Assembly (NCBI GenBank): GCA_009914755.4
Contig: CP068257.2
Span: 14,560,001-14,624,000 of the forward strand
Origin: the human T2T-CHM13v2.0 reference genome, Homo sapiens
Direction: 5' to 3'
Length of the DNA stretch: 64,000 nt
Both the position numbers and the translations under genes were made by a program. The notes under the pieces are model-generated. The model did not search any database and was not told where the DNA came from. It was given only the letters and a program-made list of their open reading frames with translations. The number at the start of each line of letters is the position of its first letter. Position 1 is the stretch's first letter. This document shows, one piece after another, positions 16,398 to 29,365 of this stretch.

Positions 16398-19300
16398 CTT
16401 ACCAACATAATCCATAGGGTGTCACAATTAGGAGTTTATTAGGGACGTTTGTGAGACCAGTCTCAGTAACATAGTGGAAGTATAAGTGGAGCACCCACTC
16501 AGTGCATAGTAGAATAAAATACAAATGAAAGAGTTAAAATGAACAGGTTCATGTTCTTTTTTGAGGAGCTTAGCTATGTAGGGGAGGGGAGGACATTAAC
16601 TGGAGGAATTCACAGGGTAGAGGGATGCATTAATTAATTAGACAAGAGACACAAAGGCATTACTAATAGTCTATGGGAAAATAACTGGTGGAGTGAGAGA
16701 CTGAAAATGTAGAAGAGATAGGAATTACTCACAAGGCACAGATACAGCAACTCTCAACACAATGCAGCAGAAAAAGGGCAAACTGGCTATTCTTATTATT
16801 GAGAAAATTGTGGATGATAAAATAGAAATTATGGTATATGAAAGGACAGCCTATTAACCACTTATATAGCAATGTTTTAAACCTGCATAGGTAAAACGGC
16901 CGAAATGGTAGTCTTTCTTCCAAATCTCTTTCCCTCCACCATATGCTAGACACACCCTTTTAATAAACAGCACCACAGTCTACCTTGTTGCTTCAGCTGA
17001 AGACCTGAGTTGTCCTTGATTCTCTTTTCCACAGTTTATTCTCCAGACATCTCAACTTCCTATGTTCCTGTCAATTTCTACTACTGCATTCTAATTGAAA
17101 GTATAGTTACGTTATCCCCAGACTACAAGAGTAGCCTAACTTTTCTCTCTGCTTATCTAGAGCCACTCCGGCCCCACTCTTCCATCTGTTCTCCACTTAC
17201 CAGCCACAATAATATCATAAAAAAGTAAACCAAGTCATGTCACTCTCTGGTTCAAACTCTTCAATAATGCATAGTGGGCATGTGGTAAATTATGACTATT
17301 ATAATCATAATTAGAATTTTCCTTTCTCTTTCTCTTTCTCTTTTGGTTTTCTCTTTACCTTCATTTAACTCTATAATAGCAAAGACATTTAAAAATTGGC
17401 CAATCTATTCTAAACATATGATTACTGGTAGATTTATAGAAAACATATTCAGCACTAATGTGACTTATTTCTGTCATAAACATTTGACTCCTTGCTGTTG
17501 CCTTATTTGAAAATGACAAATGACAAATAAGTAAAATGGTGTTTCTGTTACTTGTGTTTTATTTGACCCCTCAATTCCCAGTAATAAGTAAGATAATACT
17601 TTAAACAATCTTTGACATTTTTTTCTAATTAGATGACAAGCAATCTCAATGCATGCACCACGTGTTTCAAGGATATAAATTAGAGTGAATACTTTAAAAA
17701 AATAGAATAAAAGCGGGACACACTGATATTTGACATTTTTGAAAATCTCGAATCTCACATCCCTGATTTTTATAATGACAGTGATTAGGAAAAAAAAGCT
17801 TAATGTAAGACAATAAGCTCTGAGATTTTTCTTAGAAATGTACTAAATTTGATTCTAGGAGGAGAAGGCACTTGAGAAGAGCCTGTTGAAGTCTCATCTG
17901 CTGGAGAAAATTTACTCCAAGAAAATAGGATGAAAGTGTCAAAGACAATAGTTACAAGCCTTGGTGGTGCAATTGATTATGATCTTGTAATGGTATAATT
18001 CTGAAACGATGACACAGATAGTGTCTTTATATGATGGAGCTGGTCCCTAGAAGCAGAAGGCACAGTTTTCAAGTTCAGAAATTTCTAATTAATATCATGT
18101 ATATGGTGAATTACATATATATGTAATAATATGTAATATAAGGTTCTGTAATATATGTAAGGAGTTTTATTTTATGATATATACCATAAAATGTTCCTTA
18201 TGTCCTAAGTGTATGACAAAGAATAAAACACTTCATATCATAGCTATGACGTTGTGGAAAAGACACAGAACTAGTAGTAAAGGAGCATGAACCAGATTCC
18301 ATTCTATCAATCACCGACTATGTGCCTGGGTTTGTCTCCTCTTTAAAACATAGAGAATGCTTCTCCTCAGGCGTTCTCTGATGGGTCCATTCTATGAGCT
18401 GATTCTTTTTGGTGAAATCAGTCACTAATTCAGTATCCTGAATGCCATATTAAGGAGGTTTAGAGAAAATCTGAAAGGTAACTATGCTAAAACAGAGGCA
18501 TTTCTAAGTGAATCAAGTTGGTAGTCACATTCAGAGGCTTTGGACTCGGTCACAAGGAAGCCTAACCAATAATCACTTCACACTGAGTAACCATTCTACA
18601 TATCTTTCTGTTGTTATAATTTTAGGAACAACTGTAATTTTAGGCAAAACTTGGCAACTTGGCCTTATGTTTAGTAAATTATTTTGGGCTCTTTGTTTTC
18701 CAGATTTCAACTGATGTTTTTATAGTGACAAAACCATCCCAATTTGCCTCATGTGAAAGTCATTCTAAAATAATTGATATCCAAAGTCATTAAGATAATG
18801 CAACTAAACAGGAATGTAGTTACTTATATCTTATTGGTAGGGAGCATAAAAATGTAGGCACGAGAAAGGTGTTTTAGTGATCTAAAGATCCAATCTGTTA
18901 TTTTTAAACGATGCCATTCTATTTTGCAAATGCCTACTATAAGCAGAACAGCTGAACTCACTGCCAAATATGAAAGAGTAGTTAAGAAATGATTTGCAGA
19001 ATGGATCTCAAGGTCTTTATTTTGCTCTTGCGTGTGGAATCTATTTGCTCATTTGCACGTGTGGAAATTTTAATCTCTACAGCATGTTTTTAAGCGTCAC
19101 ACTGAGCCTGGAAGTTAACACAGAATCAGATCAGTAAGTAAATAAAACATATCTTTGAAAACATGAAATGGAAAAAAAATACTTGTTTTTTGAAAGTTTT
19201 ATCTTTGCACAAAATGTCTATCTACATGTCAAAGATATTCAGATGTTCAGCTAAGCACTTTGTAGGTCAAAAAATATATTTTTTGCATTCTGAACTCTTG

Positions 19301-19539
19301 GCATCTTGGTTAAACTTTCATTCTATATTAATTATACGGATGGAAGAGTTTATTCAATACTTTAATGAACCAAGATTATTAGAATTAAGCTTCATGAAAT
19401 CAGGTTCTTTGTCTATCATGTTCATTACTGATTCCCCAGTGCTCAGTTAGATGCTTGGAATATATTACAGCTTTAATAAATATATTTCAAAATAATGCCA
19501 TGGAAAGAGGCATAAAATAAAGCTTTGAGACTTAGCCTG

Positions 19540-19625
19540 GCCATAGCACTGCTTCTAAGCTTAGATCTTAGCCAAGCCATTTCTCTTTCCTTGAGTTTCA
19601 TTTTCCTCATCTTCTAAAAATAAGG
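19540..19625 (-). mobile_element. MIR SINE fragment (antisense), weak
   Basis: ttagccaagccatttctctttccttgagtttcattttcctcatcttctaaaaataagg resembles the MIR core cttaacctctctgagcctcagtttcctcatctgtaaaatgggg. Confidence 0.4.
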
Positions 19626-19894
19626 ATTTTTTTAAATTGATGAGAGTTCTCTGGTCTTATAAAAGTACTTGACAATTATTATACCATGTCTGAAATAACG
19701 TGCTAATCACAATCTTAAAATAAATATATTTCCAGAGGTGATATAATTGCCAAACATACAAATTAGCTCACCTAGTACATAGACTCAAAAAGTTCAGAAT
19801 GTAGATTTCCTCTGATCACACTTGAAGATTATAGTGCAATTTTCTCCTACAGAAAGTTTGTGAAGTACCATTAAAAATTATGAGTGTAGGTTGT

Positions 19895-21200
19895 GGGGAA
19901 GATAGCCAAATAGGAACACCTCTGGTTTGCAGCTCCCAGCTAGATCAACACAGAAGGCGGGTGTTTTCTTCATTTCCAACTGACATACCTGGCTCATCTC
20001 ATTGGGACTGATTAGAGAGTGGGTGCAGCCTATGGAGGGCGAAACAAAGCAGAGTGGGGCGTTGTCTTACCAAGGAAGCACAAAAGGTCGGGAACTCCCT
20101 CCCCTAGCCAAGGGAAGCCGTGAGGGACTGTGCCGTGAGGAATGATGCATTCTGGCCCACATACCCACAGACCAGGAGACTCCTTCAGGTGCCTATACCA
20201 CCAGGGCCTTGTGCTTCAAACATGAAACTGGGCGGCTGGTTGGGCAGACACTGAGCTAGCTGCAGGAGTTTTTTTTCATGCCCCAGTGGTGTCTGAAATG
20301 CTAGCAAAGAGAACTGTTCACTCCCCTGGAAAGGGGGCTGAAGCCAGGGAACCAAGTTGCCTTGCTCAGCAGATCCCACTCCACAAAGCCCAGCAAGCTA
20401 AGATCTACTGGCTTGAAATTCTCGCTGCCAGCACAGCAGTCTGAAGTCGACCTGGGACACTCAAGCTTGGTGGAAGGAGGGGCATCTGCTCCTACTGAGG
20501 CTTGAGTAGGCAGTTTTCTCCTCACAGTGTAAACAAAGCCACAGGGAAGCTTGAACTGGGCGGAACCTACTGCAGCTGGGTAAAGCCACTGTAGCCAGAC
20601 TGCCTCTCTACATTCTTCCTCTCTGGGCAGGGCATCTTTGAAAGAAAGGCAGCAGCCACAGTCAGGGGCTTATAGATAAAATTCCCATCTCCCTGGGACA
20701 GAGCACCTGGGGGAAGGGGCGGCTGTGGGCGCAGCTTCAAAAGACTTAAACGTTCCTTCCTGCCAGCTCTGAAGAGAGGAGAGGATCTCTTAACACAGCA
20801 CTCAAGCTCTGCTAAGGGACAGACTTCCTCCTCAAGTGGGTCCCTGATCTCCATGCCTCTTGACTGGGAGACACCTCCCACCAGGGGTCGACAGATACCT
20901 CATACAGGAGAGCTCCAGCTGGCATCTGGCAGGTGACCCTCTGGGACGAAACTTCCAGAGGAAGGAGCAGACAGTAATCTTTGCTGTTCTGCAGCCTCCA
21001 CTGGTGATACCAAGGCAAATAGGGTCTGGGGTGGACCTCTAGCAAACTCCAGCAGACCTACAGCAGAGGGGCCTGACTGTTGGAAGGAAAACTAACATAC
21101 AGAAAGGAATAGCATCAAAATCAACAAAAAGGACGTCCACACCCAAACACCATTTAAAGATCACCAACATCAAAGACCAAAGGTAGATAAATCCACGAAG
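19895..21200 (+). promoter_or_regulatory. L1 5'UTR (internal Pol II promoter region of the element), about 1.3 kb, longer than the L1HS 5'UTR, as in older L1PA subfamilies
   Basis: The sequence between the L1 5' terminus and the ORF1 ATG at 21201. L1 5'UTRs carry a sense and an antisense promoter (established knowledge). Activity here is unknown. Confidence 0.5.
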
Positions 21201-22227
21201 GTGAGGAAAATCCAGCACGAAAAGGCTGAAAATGCTAAAAACCAGAACGCCTCTTCTCCTCCAAAGGATCATAACTTCTCATCAGCAAGGGAACAAAACT
21301 GCACAAAACTGGATGAGTTTGATGAATTGACAGAGGTAGGCTTCAGAAGGTGGCTGATAACAAACTGCTCCGAAATAAAGGAGCATGTTCTAACCCAACG
21401 CAAGGAAGCTAAGAACCTTGAAAAAAGGTTAAATGAATTGCTAACTAGAATAACCAGTTTAGAGAAGAACATAAGTGACCTCATGGAGCTGAAAAACAGC
21501 ACAAGAACTTCGTGAAGCATACACAAGTATCAATAGCTGAATCGACTGAGTGGAAAAAAGAATATCAGAGATTGAAGATCGACTTAATGAAATAAAGCAG
21601 GAAGACAAGATTAGAGTAAAAAGAATGAAAAGGAATGAACAAAGCCTCCAAGAAATATGGAACTATGTGAAAAGACCAAACCTACGTTTGATTGACGTAC
21701 CTGAAAGTGACAGGGAGAATGGAACCAAGTTGGAAAAAACTCTTCAGTATATTATCCAGGAGAACTTTCCCCACCTAGCAAGACAGGCCAACATTCAAAC
21801 TGAGGAAATACAGAAAACACCACTAAGATACTCCTCGAAAAGAGCAACCCCAAGACACATAATCATCCGATTCACAAAGGTTGAAATGAAGGAGAAAATG
21901 TTAAGGGCAGCCAGAGAAAAAGGTCAAGCTACCCACAAAGGGAAGCACGTCAGACTAACAGCGGGTCTCTCTGCAGAAACCCTACAAGCCAGAAGAGAGT
22001 GGGTGCCGATATCTGACCTTCTTAAAGAAAGGAATTTTCAACCCAGAGTTTCATATCCAGCCAAACTAAGCTTCATAAGCGAAGGAGAAATAAAATTCTT
22101 TAAAGACAAGCAAATGCTGAGAGATTTTGTCATCACCAGGCCTGCCTTGGAAGAGCTCCTGAAGGAAGCACTAAATATGGAAAGGAAAAACTGGTACCAG
22201 CAACTGCAAAAACATACCAAATTGTAA
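21201..22227 (+). pseudogene. L1 ORF1 (RNA-binding protein ORF1p) remnant, interrupted between 21515 and 21550
   Basis: Frames 21201..21515 (MRKIQHEKAENAKNQNASSPPKD...LMELKNSTRTS*) and 21550..22227 (MEKRISEIEDRLNEIKQEDKIRVKRMKRNEQSLQEIWNYVKRPNLRLIDVPE...RPALEELLKEALNMERKNWYQQLQKHTKL) are collinear with L1 ORF1p, but a stop/frameshift lies between them. Confidence 0.95.
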
Positions 22228-22290
22228 AGACAATTGATACTATGAAGAAACTGCATCAACTAATGGGCATAAAAACCAGCCAGCATCATA

Positions 22291-25200
22291 ATGACAGGAT
22301 CAAAATCACACATAACAATATTAACCTTAAATGTAAATGGGCTAAATGCCCCAATTAAAAGACACAGACTGGCAAATTGGATAAAAAGTAAAGACCCATT
22401 GGTGTGCTGTATTGAGGAGACACATCTCACGTGCAAAGACACACAGGGGCTCAAAATAAATGGATGGAGGAATATTTACCAAACAAATGGAAAGCAAAAA
22501 AAAAAAAAAAAAAAAAAAGGGTTGCAATCCTAGTCTCTGATAAAACAGACTTTAAACCAACAAAGACAAAAAAAGACAAAGAAGGACATTACATAATGGT
22601 AAAAGGATCAATGCAACAAGACAAGCTAACTATCCTAAATATATAAGCACCCAATACAGGAGCACCCAGATTCATAAAGGAAGTTTTTAGAGACCCACAA
22701 GGAGACTTTTACTCCAACACAATAATAGTGGGAGACTTTAACACCCACTGTCAATATTAGACAGATCAACGAGACAGAAAATTAACAAGGACATTCAAGC
22801 CTTGAACTCAGCTCTGGACCAAGCAAACCTAATAGACATTTACAGAAGTCTCTACTCCAAATCAGTAGAATATACATTTTCTCAGCACATTGCACTTATT
22901 CTAAAATTGACCACATAATTGGAAGTAAAACACTCCTCAGCAAATGCAAAAGAATGAAAATCAAAACAAATAGTCTCTCAGTCCACAACACAATCAAATT
23001 AGAACTCAGGATTAAGAAACTCACTCAAAACTGCACAACTACATGGAAACTGAGCAACCTTCTCAATGACTACTGTGTAAATAATGAAATTAAGGCAGAA
23101 ATACATAAGCTTTTTGAAACCAATGAGAACAAAGACACAATGTACCAGAATCTCTGGGACACAGCTAAAGCAGTGTTTACAGGGAAATTTATAGCACTAA
23201 ATGCCCACAGGGGAAAGCAGGAAAGATCTAAAATCAACACCCTAACATCACAATTAAAAGAACTAGAGAAGCAAGAGCAAACAAATTCAAAAGCTAGAAG
23301 AAGACAAGAAATAACTAAGATCAGAGCAGAACTGAAGAAGATAGAGACACGAAAAAGCCTTAAAAAATCAATAAACACACGAGCTGGTGTTTTGAAAAGA
23401 TTAATAAAATAGTAGACCCCTAGCCAGAGTAATAAAGAAGAAAAGAGAGAAGAATCAGATAGACACAATAAAAAATGATAAAGGAGATATCATCATTGAC
23501 CCCACAGGAATACAAACTACCATCAGAGAATACTATAAACACCTTTACGTAAATAAACTAGAAAATCTAGAAAAAATGGATAAATTCCTGGACACATACA
23601 CCCTCTCAAGACTAAACCAGGAAGAAGTCAAATCACTGAATAGACCAATAACAAGCTCTGAAAGTGAGGCAGTAATTAATACCCTACCAACCAAAAGAGC
23701 CCAGGACCAGAAGGATTCACAGCCAAATTCTACCAGAGGTACAAAGAGGAGCTGGTTCCATCCCTTCTGAAACTATTTCAAACAATAGAAAAAGAGGGAC
23801 TCTTCCCTAACTCATTTTATGAGGTCAGCATCATCCTGATAACAAAACCTGGCAGAGACACAACAAAAAGAAAAGAAAATTTCAGGCCAATATCCCTGAT
23901 GAACATCGATGCAAAAATCCTTAATAAAATACTGCCAAACCGAATCCAGCAGCACATCAAAAAGCTCATCCACCACAATCAAGTTGGCTTCATCCTTGGC
24001 ATACAAGGCTGGTTCAACATATGCAAATCAATGATGAAAAACACATGATTATGTCAACAGATGCAGAAAAGGCCTTTGATAAAATTCAACACCCCTTCAT
24101 GCTAAAAACTCTCAATAAACTAGGTAGTGATGGAACATATCTCAAAAAAATAAGAGCTATTTGTGACAAACCCACAGCTAATATACTGAATGGGTCAAAG
24201 CTGGAAGCATTCCCTTTGAAAACTGGCACAAGACAAGGATGCCCTCGTGCTCAAAATAATATTGGAAGTTCTGGGCAGAGCAATCAGGCCAGAGAAAGAA
24301 ATGAAGGATATTCAAATAGGAAGAGAGGAAGTCAAATTGTCCCTGTTTGCAGATGACATGATTGTATATTTAGAATAACTCATCGTCTCAGTACAAAGTC
24401 TCCTTAAGCAAATAAACAACTTCAGCAAAGTGTCAGGATACAAAATCCATGTGCAAAAATTACAAGCATTCCTATACACCAATAATAGACAAACACAGAG
24501 CCAAATTATGCATGAACTCCCATTCACAATTGCTACAAAAGGAATAAAATACCTAGGAGTCCAACTTACAAGGGATGTGAAGGACCTCTTCAAGGAGAAC
24601 TACAAACCACTGTTCAAGGAAGTAAGAGAGGACACAAACAAATGGAAAAACATTCCATGCTCATGGATAGGAAGACCCAATATCATGGAAATGGCCATAC
24701 AGCCCAAAGTAATTTATAGATTCGATGCTATTCCTATCAAGCTACCATTGACTTTCTTCGCAGAATTAGAAAAAAAACTACTTTAAATTTCATATGGAAC
24801 CCAAAAGGAGCCTGCATAGCCCAGCCAATCCTAAGCAAAAAGAACAAAGCTGGAGGCATCACCCTACCTGGCTTCAAAATATACTACAAGGCTACAATAA
24901 CCAAAACAGCATGGTACTGGTACCAAATAGACCAATGGAACAGGACAGAGGCCTCAGAAATAATGCCACCCATCTACAACCATCTGATCTTTGACAAACC
25001 TGACAAAAACGAGCAGTGGGGAAAGGATTCCCTATTTAATAAATGGTGTTGGGAAAACCAGCTAGCCCTATGCAGAAAACTGAAACTGGACCCCTTCCTT
25101 ACACCTTGTACAAAAATTAACTCAAGATGGATTAAGGACTTAAACATAAGACCTAAAACCATAAAAACCTTAGAAGAAAACCTAGGCAATACCATTCAGG

Positions 25201-26060
25201 ACATAGGCATGGGTAAAGACTTCATGACTAAAACACCAAATGTAATAGCAATAAAAGCCTAAATTGACAATTGGGATCTCATTAAACTAAAGAGCTTCTG
25301 CACAGCAAAAGAAACTATCTTCAGAGTGAACAGGCAACGTACAAAATGGGAGAAAATTTTTGCAATCTATCCATCTGACAGAGGGCTAATATCCAGAATC
25401 TACAAAGAATTTAAACAAATTTACAAGAAAAAAAAACAACCCCATTAAAAAGTGGGTGAAGAATATGAACAGACACTTCTCAAAAGAAGACATTTATGCA
25501 GCCAACAAACATATGGAAAAAACCTCATCATCACTGGTCATTAGAGAAATGCAAATTAAAACCACAATGAGATACCATCTCATGCCAGTTAGAATGGTGA
25601 TCATTGAAATGTCAGGAAACAGCAGATGCTGGAAAGGATGTGGAGAAATAGGAATGCTTTTACACTGTTGGTGAGAGTGTAAATTAGGTCAACCATTGTG
25701 GAAGACAGTGTGGTGATTCCTGAAGGATCTAGAACCAGAAATACCATTTCACCCAGCAATCCCATTACTGGGTATATTCCTGAAGGATTATAAAACATTC
25801 TACTATAAAGACACATCCACAAGTATGTTTATTGCAGCACTGTTCACAATAGCAAAGTCATGGAACCAACCCAAATGCCCATCAATGATAGACTGGATAA
25901 AGTAAATGTGGCGCATATACACCATGGAATACTATGCAGCCATAAAAAAGGATGAGTTCATGTCCTTTGCAGGGACATGGATGAATCTAGAAACCATCAT
26001 TCTCAGCAGACTAACACAGGAATAGAAAACCAAACACCACATGTTCTCACTCGTAAGTGG
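22291..26060 (+). pseudogene. L1 ORF2 (endonuclease, reverse transcriptase and C-terminal domain) remnant, fragmented into at least 10 frames by stops and frameshifts
   Basis: Successive six-frame ORFs 22291..22533, 22431..22646, 22954..23412, 23576..23770, 24021..24356, 24430..24786, 24794..24994, 24963..25262, 25456..25674 and 26041..26250 each match consecutive parts of L1 ORF2p: the EN N-terminus, the linker, the RT motifs [13 protein letters not shown] / AFDKIQH, the thumb, and the cysteine-rich C-terminus ([27 protein letters not shown]). Confidence 0.95.
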
Positions 26061-26616
26061 GAGTGGAACAATGAGAACACATGGACACAGGGAAGGGGAC
26101 ATCACACACCGGGGCCTGTTGGGGCGTGGGGGGGCTAGGGGAGGGATAGCATTAGGAGAAATAAATGTACATAGGTTTCACAAACCACTATGGCACATGT
26201 ACACCTGTGTAATAAACCTGCACGTTCTGCACATGTATCCCAGAACTTAAAATATAATAAAAAAAATTATGAGCATAATGGTACAGTCTCTCTATTTTGT
26301 TTAAGGGGAGTATCAAGTCAGAGTTTAGAGTGAATTATTTCTTTTAACTGCACAGTGTGATTCGTGAAGGTCAGAGTTGAGGTTCAGTGCAGTCAGGCTG
26401 GAAAGGTAGCTCCTGGCAATAAGAAGAGTGTGTGAATAAATAAAAGACGTGAGCTGTTTCCTAAGTTTACTTAATATTCAGATTAAATGAAAATTATGAG
26501 CCTGAATGTAGGAGTCTGGAATGAATATGAGTCAAAGATCACATGGAATTAATGTATTATAAAATGATATACAAGATAGGTTTAATTAATCTTCCTCAAT
26601 CATTCTTATTTTTCAG

Positions 26617-26676
26617 ATCTTCAGGAATTTTACTGGGATAATTATCCAAATAAATTGCAAGCATTCTATCCAAATG
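26617..26676 (+). other. Candidate 60-nt internal coding exon (unverified). Open frame (D)LQEFYWDNYPNKLQAFYPN with canonical splice acceptor and donor.
   Basis: Polypyrimidine tract plus AG (cttcctcaatcattcttatttttcag|ATCT) at 26591-26616. Donor CAAATG|gtaagc at 26676/26677. No stop codon in one frame. No homology could be verified. Confidence 0.15.
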
Positions 26677-27649
26677 GTAAGCAGAACATCTTATTATGTA
26701 ATCATATTTGTTTATCCATAATTAATATAACTTTCTGAGTATTGAAATGAGAAACTTGATTTACTCTTCTTCACTCATGTTTTAATTTTTTTATAAGAAA
26801 AACTAGAATCACTAAAGAATTTCTTTTTATTTTATTTAAAAATTATAATCCTGAGATGCAAATATATGCCATGTAAGCCTGGGAACTATTTAATCACTTT
26901 ACTCTAAAATCTGGTAAAAGGTAAAATTTCTGAAAATAGGTGACTGGCAAACATTTTGTAAACAATATATAAGAAGAATTGTATATCAAAATATACACAT
27001 AAAACTATCTTTTCAGATAATTATGTATCATTTATTTTCTTATAGCGAAATTATAAAAATACAACCTATAGCCTTCCATAGATACATAATTAACTATGTT
27101 TTGAAATGATATCCAATTCAGTACCCTCATACATTTGAAACTTTGATAAGCTGGTCTATCTTCACTTTGGGGATCATCTTCATTAAGAGTTTGTTTTCTC
27201 AAGTTTTGAGGTAGGATACATGAAGTCATTCTTCTTCTTTATAATTATGTGGCAGGAACTATCTCCCTGAAAACTTTATGCTTAAGTTTTTGACAATCAC
27301 ACTGTCAGTCAGGTGGTGCAAAGTCTTTTAATACTGTTTAATATAAGGGAGTTGTCTAAAATACGGATAGTTCTCCATCTGAGCTCATGACCCAAGCAAT
27401 GTGCTTCAAAATTGCATTTATTGTATTTTTCTTATTACAAATGATACTATGTTCATAATGGATAGATAAATTAGATACACATAAATACAATTAAAAAGCA
27501 TATTCTCACCACCTAATGTAACCTGTTAACCTTTTGTATAAATTGGTGAATGGTTTCAGTATATGAACACACAACCTACTGTAAAAATTCAAGAAATGAG
27601 TGTGATGATGATGTAAAATGCAGGTTCACCTTCTCTGTCCCTACTTCCT

Positions 27650-27860
27650 CTGCAGCTTGGGTATAAATGCCTGCTCCACCACCTGTTCTCTGTGTGAACT
27701 TTGGCAAATCCTTTACACTCTCTGGGCTGTCCTTTCTCATCTGCAAAATGGAGCTAATAATACATACCTAGCTGAAGGGGTTGTCTTGAGGATGAAATAT
27801 GTTAATACAAGTTAGGTGTATAGAACAGTGCCTAGCTCATAAGTGTTAGATATTACAAAA
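27650..27860 (-). mobile_element. MIR SINE (antisense), core region well preserved
   Basis: ctgtgtgaactttggcaaatcctttacactctctgggctgtcctttctcatctgcaaaatggagctaataatacatacctagctgaaggggttgtcttgaggatgaaatatgttaatacaagttaggtgtatagaacagtgcctagctcataagtgttagatattac parallels the reverse-complemented MIR consensus (...ctctctgagcctcagtttcctcatctgtaaaatggggataataatagtacctacctcatagggttgttgtgaggattaaatgagataatgcatgtaaagcgcttagcacagtgcctggcacatagtaggtgctcaataaatatt). Confidence 0.8.
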
Positions 27861-28989
27861 TTACCTATTGTATTTGAATTATTTTTTAGAATTCTTAAGA
27901 TGTGCCTATTTTGTATACTTATATCTCATTTAGCTCTTTATTAATGGCAATTATTCTTCAGTTAGTTATTTTGTGGTTCCAGATAGAATATCATATTTTC
28001 TAAAAACAATAACAATTTTAGATACTTTTATTTTTTTCCTTTTTAGCATCATACTTTTTTCTATTTTGAGTTCACTACTTATTGCCTTGGCTATGTCTTT
28101 CGGTGCAACATGAAATAACTGAATAATTCTTTGTTCTTTCTGATTTTATTAGGAATTACTTTCATGATTATAATTTGAGTACTGTGTTGACTATTTGTAT
28201 AAGTTTTATTCTTTTTCTTAAGAAGTAATTATATTCTTAATTAACTATATTTGATGATCAGAAGTTCCTGTTGATGTTCTATAAATCTCAATTAAATATA
28301 AATTAATGTTTTAAAATCTGTTGAGAAGATGACTTGGTTCTCCTCTCTAGGTCAGCAGATTTGCTAATATTATGTTACTCTTGCATAGCTGGAAGCTTAC
28401 TTTTATTACATACCTTAGCTCAATTCCTTTTTGTTTACTTGAGAATTCTAAAGAATATTCCAAAGTAAGAATGATATACACTATTTTTTATTGCTTGATA
28501 TCTATGTGGTACTATTAAGGACGTTATATCCACATTGAACTTCACAATATTTTCTGTGGAGTTACATATATGTAAAAATTACAAATAAAATAAAAACCTT
28601 ACTGGTAGAATATTCAGACCACAGAATCTATTTTGGAGGTGAAATTTAGAAAAAATGTTTTATTAATTGTTCTTTGAATTTTGTAGGAATTCTACCTTCA
28701 TTGAGTTAATTTCTAGTCTGACATTTAAAAAGTATTGCTCATTTTGTTAAGTTTTTCATTTTACTGCCACATATTTATAAACTATAGTCTTTTGGTTTGC
28801 AAAGTTATTGTTGAATAGGTTTGATAGACTCCTCATCATTTCTAATTTTTATGTGTTTTTCTTCATTTTTCACTGATATTTGTGTCAGAAGTTTCCCTGT
28901 TTTATAGCTTCTCTCAAAAAGCCAAAAGTGGAATTATGTACTTGTTTGATATATTTATCTTCCTGATTTATTAATTCTGCTTAATACCT

Positions 28990-29074
28990 AGTGTGTGTGT
29001 ATATATATATATATATGTATGTATGTATATACACACATACACACACACATATATATATATTTATTTATTTATTA
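28990..29074. repeat. Compound (TG)n(TA)n(CA)n(TTTA)n microsatellite at an Alu tail
   Basis: gtgtgtgtgtatatatatatatatatgtatgtatgtatatacacacatacacacacacatatatatatatttatttatttatt. Confidence 0.9.
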
Positions 29075-29365
29075 TTTTTTTTGAGACGAGGTCTTGCTCT
29101 GTCGCCCAGATTGGAGTGCAGTGGTGCAATCTCAGCTCACTACAACCTTCGCCTCCCAGGTTCAAGCAATTCTCATGGTGCCTCAGCTTCCTTGGTAGCT
29201 GAGACTGCAGATGTGTACCACCATGCCTGGCTAATTTTTGTATTTTTAGTAGAGATGGGGTCTTGCCATGTTGGCCAGGCTAGTCTCAAACTCCTGACCT
29301 CATGTGATCTGCTCAGGTTGGTGGATCAAAGTGCTGAGATTACAGACATGAGCCATCATGGCTGT
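29065..29365 (-). mobile_element. Alu SINE, full length, antisense, diverged (older subfamily)
   Basis: ttttttttgagacgaggtcttgctctgtcgcccagattggagtgcagtggtgcaatctcagctcac ... ending gagattacagacatgagccatcatggctg. The six-frame ORF 28991..29407 is an Alu translation. Confidence 0.93.

Larger units (their letters stand above)
19895..26266 (+). mobile_element. Full-length LINE-1 (older primate L1PA/L1PB-like subfamily), about 6.4 kb, flanked by 16-bp TSD AAAAATTATGAG(T/C)(G/A)TA at 19873-19888 and 26262-26277
   Basis: The 5' end ggggaagatagccaaataggaacacctc matches the L1 5'UTR start (GGGGGAGGAGCCAAGATGGCCGAATAGGAACAGCTCC). ORF1p-like and ORF2p-like translations follow: [98 protein letters not shown] and [25 protein letters not shown]. 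The 3'UTR ends ggtttcacaaaccactatggcacatgtacacctgtgtaataaacctgcacgttctgcacatgtatcccagaacttaaaatataataaaaaaaa. Confidence 0.97.

Noticed and set aside
16990-17230. Possible additional ancient repeat (L2/MIR3-like) at about 17000-17230 and LTR-like segment at about 6760-6960
   Set aside because: The resemblance is too weak to call from memory. It would need a RepeatMasker or Dfam search.
22497-22518. 22-nt poly-A that might be read as the tail of a truncated retroelement
   Set aside because: It lies inside L1 ORF2 at the conserved lysine-rich stretch (NGKQKKAG in the L1HS endonuclease domain). It is an expansion of AAA codons, not an insertion boundary.
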